From the NCBI GenBank assembly GCA_041660325.1, contig JBAZWR010000003.1, forward strand, positions 1 to 61,870: a DNA stretch of 61,870 nucleotides, written 5' to 3'. Below the pieces are notes generated by a model that was not told the origin of the DNA, did not search any database, and saw only the letters and a program-made list of their open reading frames with translations. This document shows positions 44,462 to 52,716 of this stretch, piece after piece (the stretch's first letter is position 1; each line of letters starts with the position of its first letter). This DNA is from Thermodesulfovibrionales bacterium. GTDB lineage: Bacteria; Nitrospirota; Thermodesulfovibrionia; Thermodesulfovibrionales; SM23-35. The position numbers were made by a program, and so were the translations under genes.

Positions 44462-45484
44462 ATGAATACGAAAATAAGACTTATTATAATTTTGCTCTTT
44501 TGTCTATTTATAGCATTACCCTATGGGAAGGCAGAGGCAGTTCTTGGTATACCCGACAACGTACAGTCTGCCACTTTAATTGTTCCTTTAATGGAGAGGG
44601 GGATTTCCAGCCCCTATAACACCCTGACTGTTGTAGATAGCCTATGCTTAGGTCCTCGTACCATCCACTGGCAGGTATGGGATATGGACGGCAATGCGAC
44701 GCCTCTTAATGGCAACGTCACCCTTCAAGGGTCATGGGTGTCCGATTTCGGGACCATCCTGGGAGGAGCCTCAGGGGCGACACTCACCCAGTTGACTGAT
44801 GGTTCGTTTTATCACGGATTCATGACAATAGACATGGTGACTGCAGCAACAAGTTTGCTTCCCACTAACCCTGCTTATCCGTTCTCCGGGACCAATTGTC
44901 TGACAGGGTGGACCTACTACGTGAGGCTCAGTGAAGGCTCATCCAATGGACTCCCCATGGTCCATATAGAGGGGGGAGTAGGTACAGATGTCCATACAAA
45001 TGCAAGGGGATTTTACCAAGCGGATGATGACAGGGAGGAAATAGATAATCATTCACGCTACTATGCATACCTTACAACAAAGGGGCTGTCTATTGTTGAT
45101 GACCCCAACGATAAAACCGACTATACCATAAGCAGGGTGTATTGCCAGGGAAATGGTGAAACCAGAATCATTGTCTGGGCATGGGCGCCCGCCCAATTCG
45201 GGACTACTTCCAAACCGTCTGATCATGTCGCAGGCGGGCCATTTCAATATTGGCAGTTCGGTGAATCAGGCACTCAGGTTGCGGATAGTACGGTAGCGCT
45301 CAATCACATCGTGAATGTCATCAATGTCCCGGGCGACACAAACGGACAGGTCTGGATAAACAATATACCTGACAACTTTAACGTTTATGTCTTTTCAATC
45401 AACTCTGCTAATAATATTGCAAATCCAGCCTTGACATGGGATGCCTTGTTCGAATCCACTATACTGCCTCAGTGGTTGCCATAA
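44462..45484 (+). CDS. Secreted protein of unknown family (paralog A)
   Basis: The Sec signal is MNTKIRLIIILLFCLFIALPYGKAEA|VLGIPDNV.... It shares its N-terminal mature motif and scattered blocks with the protein encoded at 52717-53844. I recognised no known domain. Confidence 0.6.
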   Translation: MNTKIRLIIILLFCLFIALPYGKAEAVLGIPDNVQSATLIVPLMERGISSPYNTLTVVDSLCLGPRTIHWQVWDMDGNATPLNGNVTLQGSWVSDFGTILGGASGATLTQLTDGSFYHGFMTIDMVTAATSLLPTNPAYPFSGTNCLTGWTYYVRLSEGSSNGLPMVHIEGGVGTDVHTNARGFYQADDDREEIDNHSRYYAYLTTKGLSIVDDPNDKTDYTISRVYCQGNGETRIIVWAWAPAQFGTTSKPSDHVAGGPFQYWQFGESGTQVADSTVALNHIVNVINVPGDTNGQVWINNIPDNFNVYVFSINSANNIANPALTWDALFESTILPQWLP

Positions 45485-45500
45485 TAACGGAATGTAAAAT

Positions 45501-45532
45501 AAAAAAAGTCAGGGGAGGTCAACTCCCCTGAC
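45501..45532 (-). terminator. Intrinsic terminator hairpin, possibly bidirectional
   Basis: The stem is GTCAGGGGAG (45508-45517) paired with CTCCCCTGAC (45523-45532). The A-run at 45501-45507 gives a U-tract on the minus strand, downstream of the methyltransferase gene. Confidence 0.6.
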
Positions 45533-45556
45533 TAATCAATCCTTGAGATCCGGCTC

Positions 45557-46747
45557 TTATCCCTCGGCAACAATCACTATCTCGTTCGCCTTCAATTCCT
45601 CTTCCTGTAATTCCGGCAGAAGCTCCTTGAGACGGGCAATAAACTCGCAACCTTTCCGGGGCAGATTGAAACTCTGGAAGTGTAACTCTTTTATCCTGTA
45701 CCCGGCCTCTTCGAAAAGCTCGGCATAGGTGTTCCTTGTGAAGAATCGTATGTGCGTCCCTGAAAGTATGCTGAAAGGGATGTAATCCCATCTCCCCTTC
45801 AGCATTTCGCGGATGATCGCCCAGTTAGTCACGTTTGGAGAACTCGCGATGAAGAGACCTCCGTCCTTCAGATGCCTTCTCAGGAGTTTCACGACCTTCC
45901 AGGGATTATTCAAATGTTCTAATACATCACCGCAGACAATACAATCATACAGACCGAGTCTTCCCTCATCAAGTATAGTTTCGACATCCCCATGTTTAAC
46001 ATAGTCTAACCTGGCTCCGGCAATATCAACCAGTTCACGATCCGATTCAACTCCGGTAACAAAACATTCCTGTCTTTTTTTAAGCATTTCGCCGAAGAGA
46101 CCTCCGGCAGAACCGATATCAAGAACTTCTCGGGCATCGAGAGGTACATATTCCAAAAGGTCATCTCTGCCGCTTTCGTAACAATTACCATAACGGTGGG
46201 CATAAACCCCTTTAGCTACACCAAACCTTAATCCACCATTTTTCACAATCTTTGGCAAATCAATTAAAGAACCGTCTTCCGGTAAAACATTCAATAGTTC
46301 ACTTCTTAAGGCAAGACAGAAATTATCTATTTCATCAGCCTCTATTATATTATCTTTATATTCATCATAGATATCCTTCACTGCCCATTTTAATACTGAT
46401 ATTGTTTGATAGATATAAGGGGGTGCATGCCTCTGATATAGTATCTTACTTTCATTGGTCACAGGTACGATGACTGAGAATTTCTTTTGGTTCAAAGCTA
46501 TCCTCGATAGGACATTGATGCCCTCGTATGTGATAAATAAAATGCCGTAGATAAAGACAAACACATCGTAACCTTTATAATTAAAAAGGTCTCTGACCAT
46601 TAAAGAGCTGTCTCCATCAATCTCAAATAAATCTAAGGTCTTATCATTGCTCTCCAATAGCAGATGTCTGCTGACCCTCTGTGCGGTCTCCCCTTCCATA
46701 CCTTTGAAGCTATTCTCTTTGATAATAAAAACGGCTATTTTACTCAT
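45557..46747 (-). CDS. Two-domain protein: unknown (GT-A-like?) N-terminal domain plus a class I SAM methyltransferase
   Basis: The C-terminal half has VLDIGSAGGLFG and YDCIVCGDVLEHL. The N-terminal approximately 190 aa contain FSVIVPVTNES. I chose the ATG at 46747, which overlaps the yfhO stop by 8 nt. Confidence 0.7.
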   Translation of the reverse strand: MSKIAVFIIKENSFKGMEGETAQRVSRHLLLESNDKTLDLFEIDGDSSLMVRDLFNYKGYDVFVFIYGILFITYEGINVLSRIALNQKKFSVIVPVTNESKILYQRHAPPYIYQTISVLKWAVKDIYDEYKDNIIEADEIDNFCLALRSELLNVLPEDGSLIDLPKIVKNGGLRFGVAKGVYAHRYGNCYESGRDDLLEYVPLDAREVLDIGSAGGLFGEMLKKRQECFVTGVESDRELVDIAGARLDYVKHGDVETILDEGRLGLYDCIVCGDVLEHLNNPWKVVKLLRRHLKDGGLFIASSPNVTNWAIIREMLKGRWDYIPFSILSGTHIRFFTRNTYAELFEEAGYRIKELHFQSFNLPRKGCEFIARLKELLPELQEEELKANEIVIVAEG

Positions 46748-49502
46748 TATTGAAGTGTTTTCTTCTCCCTTTAAAAAACAGATACGACATCCATACAATG
46801 AAGGTTGTTACTGAAATAATAATACCCGAATAAAAGCTTATGGGTCTATAATAAAAAAGGACTTCACTCCTTCCGCTTTCGACCATTACACCCCTTAAAA
46901 GCCCAAATGCCTTTATCATCCTTTCCTCCTTCCCGTTAACCCTCACCTTCCAGCCGGGGTAATAGAGGTCACTTAAAACAAGGAGCCCGCCCTTTGATTC
47001 TACTTCAATAGCTACCTCATCAGAAGCATATTTTTTAATCATAACCTTCTCATATGAAAATCCCCCCTCGTCCCCCTTTATTAAAGGGGGGATAAAATTT
47101 ACGAGTCCGACTTTCCTGAAATTAATGCCTCCCTGCAACTCATTTATTATACTATTAAGATCATCGTTAATCCTTATCTGATGTAATACAAAGGCCCTCT
47201 CCATAACATTTCTGTTTTCGTATATATGGATACCTTCGTATGCCCCTTTGTACCCCAGAAAATCAAGTTCCCTTTTGTGAAGTCTCAATAGCTTTGCATG
47301 AAGGGACATCTCTTTTTCATATCCCGGGGAAAGACCGAAATTTCCTAACACGATACTTCCGTCACCGCTACCAGCCCCTTCTATGATAAAAGTAACTTCC
47401 TTGCCCATATAATTCGAGACATCCAGCCATTGGTCATTCCAAACACCATCATGTACAATCAATTCCGCAGCTCTGTTTTCTACCATTATTTTTACTTTAG
47501 CTGTTGTGCCCTTTGGGACATCTTTCATTGAAAAACCTGCAAAGATAAAAGGCTCCGATACCCTGAGTTTTGTTTCGAATACGAACTTCATCGGAAAAAA
47601 GAAGGAGAATCTCTCATCAACACCCGGATTAAAAACACCATAGTGTGCCCCTCCTTTAATGGAATGCCTGACCATGGCGTCAAATAAACGCACCCATCTC
47701 ACGGAAGCAATATGAGATTTTATGGCATCCTCAAGCCTTCGGGGGTCCAACAGATCATGGCTCATAATGTATTTAACACCCAAAAGGTCAATAAACGGCG
47801 ACGTTGCGGTAAAGAGTGGGTTCGGATTATTGGTCTGCGGCACACTAAAACCGAGAAGGTTTTCAGAGAAAGTATAATAATCACCGGGCAGCAAAACACT
47901 GACAGCCCTTATGTCATGCAAACCGATGGCATTACCGGTCAGAGGAGGGGCGCAGTTTCCGCTCCCGGTAATCCTGTAATGCCCCGGCCCTTTCATGACG
48001 GCTGTATAAGGCGGCTCCTGATAGGGATTGTACCTGTCCGGATGGTCTTTCGGCATATACAGGTAGAGTTCCACGATGAGCATGAGGAAAACAAGTCCTC
48101 CAAATACATGCTTCTTTTTTGAGAGACGGAAGGTAACAGCGACAAGCGCCGTTCCTGAAAGTGTGAGGAACAGGACAGCAGTCATATGGTTTTTGACCCC
48201 GGAAGGGCTCCGGCCATAGAGGAAGAAGAAATATAAGGCGACGAGAGAAGAGACAAAAAATACGGAAAGATAAAACTTCTTCCTGTTCCCCCTGCCTGAT
48301 AAAAGGTCATCAAAAGCAGAGGCGGACATTACCGCCAATGAGAAATAGAACATTGCATTGTATTTCAGGAATTCAATGCTTCCGATAACAGGCAGTCTCG
48401 AAATAACATGCGGCGGTAAAACGCCGTATATCATAGAAAACATAAATAATGAGAAGATGATAAAAGGAAAGGTTTTCTTTAACGTGTTGAGGTTAAGCAC
48501 AGCATAGAAAGATAAAATCAATATTACTATCGCCGTGTGGGGCAAAATAATATGGGGCTCCCAATGGAGCCATGACCCATAGAAATAATTTTCCCATCCG
48601 AGGAATAGCGGCTGAAACAGTGATACAGATGTAATCAAAGGGATCGTATGACCGGCAGCCCCTGTCCTTATGGCTTTTGCAAGCGGAGAGGCATGCAAGT
48701 AGAGTTCAATGAAGGGTATAAGCACTACTGCTGCCATTAGTGCACCGGAGACCGTACCGATAATTACCTTCCATCCCTCTCTATGAAGACCCTTGATGGA
48801 ATCTTTCATATAACCCTTCCAGAGCGCATAGGGGAAGAGGAGAGAAAGACACATGATCACATCGGGTGTCTTTCCGGCAATCAGTGCAAATGAGAGAAGA
48901 AGCGACATGAAGAATGCGTTTTTGAGATTTTTTCCATTGCTCCATCTCTCGTAAAAATAGAAAACAGCCGGCAGGTACATTACTGTGCTTAACGGATGCA
49001 GATTTACCCACCAGACGGAATATCCCGATAACATGAAAAAAGAAGCGCCGAAGAGGGATGAAGCATGAGAGAGGTGCAGTTCCCTCAAAAAGAGAAAAGC
49101 GAAGGAACCCATCACAAGAAGCCTCAGGAGAAAAAACATGTCCTGCGAAAAGGGGTGAGGAAAAAGGTTCAGAAAAATCTTCAGAGGGTTAAAAACTTCT
49201 GTATTTAAATTGCCGATAAGCGGGATTCCCAGACCTTCAAGAGGGTTCCACACAGGCAATGTATTCTCATTCAGTATCCCTCTTATTATGTAGGGATTAG
49301 GCTCGTTCACATACGCATTTCCGCCGATATCGAAGGAAAACGGCATCTCGGGCCTGTATCCTGAAAAGCCGTAAGGGCCGTTGGGGGTTGCCCCAGGGAG
49401 CAGGGAAGACGTAGAAAGGGTCTTCCCCGAAAAAAGCACGTCATTGAAAAAAAAGATGAGCAAGATAAGTAAAAGAAAAAGCCCTAATTTATTCTTGCCC
49501 AT
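46740..49502 (-). CDS. YfhO-family GT-C-like membrane protein
   Basis: 920 aa with many transmembrane segments. The C-terminal block LLVLSDLYYPGWKVRVNGKE is typical of YfhO. Confidence 0.8.
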   Translation of the reverse strand: MGKNKLGLFLLLILLIFFFNDVLFSGKTLSTSSLLPGATPNGPYGFSGYRPEMPFSFDIGGNAYVNEPNPYIIRGILNENTLPVWNPLEGLGIPLIGNLNTEVFNPLKIFLNLFPHPFSQDMFFLLRLLVMGSFAFLFLRELHLSHASSLFGASFFMLSGYSVWWVNLHPLSTVMYLPAVFYFYERWSNGKNLKNAFFMSLLLSFALIAGKTPDVIMCLSLLFPYALWKGYMKDSIKGLHREGWKVIIGTVSGALMAAVVLIPFIELYLHASPLAKAIRTGAAGHTIPLITSVSLFQPLFLGWENYFYGSWLHWEPHIILPHTAIVILILSFYAVLNLNTLKKTFPFIIFSLFMFSMIYGVLPPHVISRLPVIGSIEFLKYNAMFYFSLAVMSASAFDDLLSGRGNRKKFYLSVFFVSSLVALYFFFLYGRSPSGVKNHMTAVLFLTLSGTALVAVTFRLSKKKHVFGGLVFLMLIVELYLYMPKDHPDRYNPYQEPPYTAVMKGPGHYRITGSGNCAPPLTGNAIGLHDIRAVSVLLPGDYYTFSENLLGFSVPQTNNPNPLFTATSPFIDLLGVKYIMSHDLLDPRRLEDAIKSHIASVRWVRLFDAMVRHSIKGGAHYGVFNPGVDERFSFFFPMKFVFETKLRVSEPFIFAGFSMKDVPKGTTAKVKIMVENRAAELIVHDGVWNDQWLDVSNYMGKEVTFIIEGAGSGDGSIVLGNFGLSPGYEKEMSLHAKLLRLHKRELDFLGYKGAYEGIHIYENRNVMERAFVLHQIRINDDLNSIINELQGGINFRKVGLVNFIPPLIKGDEGGFSYEKVMIKKYASDEVAIEVESKGGLLVLSDLYYPGWKVRVNGKEERMIKAFGLLRGVMVESGRSEVLFYYRPISFYSGIIISVTTFIVWMSYLFFKGRRKHFNNE
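47072..47090. repeat. Perfect 9-bp-arm palindrome inserted in frame in yfhO
   Basis: CCCCCTTTA t TAAAGGGGG. On the coding (minus) strand it encodes PPLIKGDEGGF. Confidence 0.5.
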
Positions 49503-49511
49503 AATGATTTC

Positions 49512-49544
49512 AGCTAAAGGAGACGCCGGGCGTCTCCTTTAGCT
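49512..49544. repeat. 33-nt perfect palindrome flanked by 7-bp direct repeats
   Basis: AGCTAAAGGAGACGCC g GGCGTCTCCTTTAGCT. ATGATTT occurs on both sides, at 49504-49510 and 49551-49557. It occupies most of the 52-bp gap between two minus-strand genes. Confidence 0.6.
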
Positions 49545-49554
49545 GAGCTATGAT

Positions 49555-50673
49555 TTACATTACTTCGAAGTCACGATACTTGATGTTATTATCTTCATTA
49601 GTCTCTCCAACCTGACCATCGGCGTCCGCAACTGCGATAATATGATAGTATGTGTGGAGTATCAAACCGCTGAAGGTCATATCGCTAAAAGTGAGAGTCG
49701 TTGATGCTCCTGCGGCAAGCCCTGATACGGTTTTCGTGCCGTTCACCAGGAGTTGGCTGCCTTCCGCCGTATAGCCGTGGGACATATAGATCTTTACTGT
49801 GAATGGACCCGCAGCACCTGTGCCAAGGTTTGTTACAGTCACCGTAGCTGGAACGCCTAAGCCATTAGAACCGGCTGATGTCGCTCTAAAATAGCTTACA
49901 GTAAGGTCCGCCGCACTGCCGGTTTGAATGTTCGCAGAACAACTCGCTGTCGAGCCACCGTATGAGCCGTTGCAGGTCCAGGACCACGGTCCGCTGCCGC
50001 TTACCGATGACGCAGTGCCCGCGCTGCAAAGATTGGTGGTTGGCACTGATGTAAACGTCTGCAAGTTCGATGAGCCGCACACTCCGTCGACCTTCTTCTG
50101 TGCAGAGCAGCTTGCGTTCTGGCCCCCGTTCTCACCATAGCAGGTCCAGCTCCAAGGCCCTTGCCCGCTAACTGCAGACGCCGAGCCTGATGAGCAGAGA
50201 TCTATAGGCACCTGTGTCAAGCCCTGGCTGTACGTGACGCACACGCCATTGACAGAAGAGTTAGAATTTATTTCGTATGTCATAACATGCAAATTAGGCG
50301 CTACAACTGTGCCGTCTGTACAGAATACATATATTGTGTTCGTAAGTTTGTCAAAGGACATGGTGATATCATTGTTCACGAGGTCATTGTTATGAATAAG
50401 AAAAGGGTTTACTGCAACATTAGGGGTCGCAGTCCCTAAAACGCCCGTCACAGCAAAATCTGCCACAGGAAGAATAGCGCCAGTGTCATCCCTCACTTCA
50501 AGATACGCCGAATAACTCGGTGTTTCAGCTGGGCCACACCCGCCGGTACACTCGATAAAGCCCCTGACAAGAACATTATTGCCAAAAACACTTGTCTGTT
50601 GAGCCGATGCCACGGCAACAAATGCCATTAAGGCAATGACAAACACACTAACTAATAACGATAGTCTTTTCAT
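49555..50673 (-). CDS. Secreted protein with two Cys-rich GPWSWTC repeats and a C-terminal CARDB-like domain
   Basis: The signal peptide ends ...VAVASAQQ. The repeats are CSSGSASAVSGQGPWSWTCYGENGGQNASCSA and CSAGTASSVSGSGPWSWTCNGSYGGSTASCSA. The C-terminus, DLTVS...VTVTNLGTGAAGPF...ETNEDNN, is CARDB-like. Confidence 0.7.
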   Translation of the reverse strand: MKRLSLLVSVFVIALMAFVAVASAQQTSVFGNNVLVRGFIECTGGCGPAETPSYSAYLEVRDDTGAILPVADFAVTGVLGTATPNVAVNPFLIHNNDLVNNDITMSFDKLTNTIYVFCTDGTVVAPNLHVMTYEINSNSSVNGVCVTYSQGLTQVPIDLCSSGSASAVSGQGPWSWTCYGENGGQNASCSAQKKVDGVCGSSNLQTFTSVPTTNLCSAGTASSVSGSGPWSWTCNGSYGGSTASCSANIQTGSAADLTVSYFRATSAGSNGLGVPATVTVTNLGTGAAGPFTVKIYMSHGYTAEGSQLLVNGTKTVSGLAAGASTTLTFSDMTFSGLILHTYYHIIAVADADGQVGETNEDNNIKYRDFEVM

Positions 50674-50806
50674 CTTAGCCTCCTCTTAATTGTTACCTAA
50701 ACAAGTATACTCCATTAGTCATGGAATTACCGTGATATATTCCACAGCCTTCTTACTGAATGTAATGCAAATGCCATACCAGCTAACACCGATATCCATA
50801 TACTAA

Positions 50807-50835
50807 ATTTAAACATCCGCAAGGGTTTTTGTCAA
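50807..50835 (-). promoter_or_regulatory. Sigma-70-like promoter (TTGACA-17-TTAAAT) for the CARDB-domain gene
   Basis: Read on the minus strand, TTGACA is at 50835-50830 and TTAAAT at 50812-50807. It lies about 130 nt upstream of the start codon. Confidence 0.35.
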
Positions 50836-50938
50836 GAATTTTCTTTTATTATTAGGTATTATTAAGAAAAGTTAATCTGATACTTGAAAAAAATACCAAC
50901 CGGTCGGGCTTTTTTTGTCAATCCATTGACAATATATG

Positions 50939-51334
50939 TCATTCCAATCTGAACCTGTGCCGCCATTTTCCGTCCTTAAAGATCCACTCATCAATAAAGA
51001 CATCCTTAACGGGCTTGGGGATCGGAGGCTTTATTACGCTGATTCTCACAGCCACGGTCCCTTTTTCCCCTTCAACCTCTGTTTTATCTATGTAAAAAGA
51101 CTCAATCTTAAATTTCTTTATCAGCTTGGCCGTTTCCTGGTACTGTGCGAGCGGGGGCAAGTCTGATTTCTCTTCCATTTTGTATGTCTCTTCATATTTT
51201 TCCAGCAATCGCAGTTTCCAGTATTCCTCAGCCTTTGATTTTAGTGATTCTTTCAGGTCTACTTCCTTTGGCATTGTCGCACAGCTATGAAGCAGAAACA
51301 ATATTATTGGGAATAAAAGAGCAGCTTTCTTCAT
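50939..51334 (-). CDS. Small lipoprotein, unknown function
   Basis: The signal carries a lipobox (FLLHSC). Confidence 0.6.
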   Translation of the reverse strand: MKKAALLFPIILFLLHSCATMPKEVDLKESLKSKAEEYWKLRLLEKYEETYKMEEKSDLPPLAQYQETAKLIKKFKIESFYIDKTEVEGEKGTVAVRISVIKPPIPKPVKDVFIDEWIFKDGKWRHRFRLE

Positions 51335-51370
51335 TCAAAATCCTTTCAAAATAACTCTTTCAATAACTGT

Positions 51371-52588
51371 TTATTTCACTTTCAGTGTGTACGCCCTTAA
51401 TCCATGATGGAATGAGGGATTCTCGTCTCCGAGGTTATACACAATCAGGAACGAACCATCTTTGTTCTTTCCTACTCTTAAGTCTCTGGACCCTTTCGCT
51501 TCATCAGGAGAAAGGGGGTACTGTCCGATCTCAGTCCATCCATCATGATGATACCGGAACAGGTGAATACCGTCTTCTGAAAGCACAACCAACTCCTTTG
51601 TGCCAATCCCGTCGATGTCCGCGAGATCAAATGCGATGGGCCTCACTTTCTCGAGACCGGCGGAGAGATCCCGGAATCCATCTCCGTTCCATTTCAGCAC
51701 AGAGAACTCGATAAACGCACCTCTGCCGAGTGTCGAACGCATGAAAACGACTTCATCTTTTCCATCTCCGTCCAGATCACCCACCCGTGCAATCATGGGC
51801 ATGGTATTTACCGCTATATCCGTCTGATAGCTCTTGAAATCACCTTTTCCATCTCCGAACCAGATGCTCTTTTTCCCTTCCTTCACTGCCAGCGTGGCGA
51901 CGGCAATGTCTTTTTTCCCGGCTCCGGCGATATCACCTACTGCAAAGGAGTCTCCAAACCAGCCGCGGCTGTCCTCAATCATGCGGATATCCCAGTCTTT
52001 ACCACCTTTGTTGATGCCAATCAGGAGACCCTGAGGCTTGTAAGCGGTCCCATATGATGACTCTGACAGGGCCACAATATCGGGCCATCCGTCGCCATTG
52101 ATGTCTGCAATCTCTACCGCGCGCGATTGGAAGGTTTTTTCCGGAACAGTGAAAGCCATCTCAGCAAAACCTCCGCTCTTATTGTTCTGCAAAATCATTA
52201 TTTTCCCTGAATGTACTGCAAGGACAATATCCGGATAACCATCTGCATTGATATCCCCTGCTGCAACTCCTCCATAGCCATAGCTCGCTTTCGGGAAAGT
52301 GTACTTTCCCTCTCTCCAAATTCCATCCTTACCCTGAAGAAATATAAACGGCCTGTTCTGATCAGCCTCTGCTTTCCGCGGAGGAGGAGCAACAATATCA
52401 AGGTACCCGTCTCCATCCATATCGACGAGCGCTGTGTTCTCCCTCCAGAGGCCTTCAGTAGGAAGCCCCTTCGATATGTCGGAAACGTTATACGCGCCTG
52501 TACTCTCCCGGCCAACAGGCAACGCCGCACAACCCAAATACGATAATACAGACAAGGCCATTATTATATTTACAACAAATCTTTTCAA
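51371..52588 (-). CDS. FG-GAP/VCBS repeat beta-propeller protein (lipoprotein-type signal)
   Basis: The repeated motifs are DMDGDGYLDIV, GDINADGYPDIVL, ADINGDGWPDIVAL, GDIAGAGKKDIAV, GDLDGDGKDEVVF and ADIDGIGTKELVV. The signal ends LSYLGC. Confidence 0.8.
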   Translation of the reverse strand: MKRFVVNIIMALSVLSYLGCAALPVGRESTGAYNVSDISKGLPTEGLWRENTALVDMDGDGYLDIVAPPPRKAEADQNRPFIFLQGKDGIWREGKYTFPKASYGYGGVAAGDINADGYPDIVLAVHSGKIMILQNNKSGGFAEMAFTVPEKTFQSRAVEIADINGDGWPDIVALSESSYGTAYKPQGLLIGINKGGKDWDIRMIEDSRGWFGDSFAVGDIAGAGKKDIAVATLAVKEGKKSIWFGDGKGDFKSYQTDIAVNTMPMIARVGDLDGDGKDEVVFMRSTLGRGAFIEFSVLKWNGDGFRDLSAGLEKVRPIAFDLADIDGIGTKELVVLSEDGIHLFRYHHDGWTEIGQYPLSPDEAKGSRDLRVGKNKDGSFLIVYNLGDENPSFHHGLRAYTLKVK

Positions 52589-52614
52589 ACCTACCTCCCT
52601 GTCAGTCAGTCAAA

Positions 52615-52652
52615 AATGCAAAAAAAGAGGGGGATAGATCTTTTCTATCCCC
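52615..52652 (-). terminator. Intrinsic terminator downstream of paralog B
   Basis: On the minus strand the stem is GGGGGATAG-aaaagat-CTATCCCCC, followed by TCTTTTTTTGC. Confidence 0.7.
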
Positions 52653-52716
52653 CCTTCAGATCTTTAACAAAAACTGTGAATCCCGATTCCGGGAAAAAAG
52701 TTTTTAATGCACTGAA

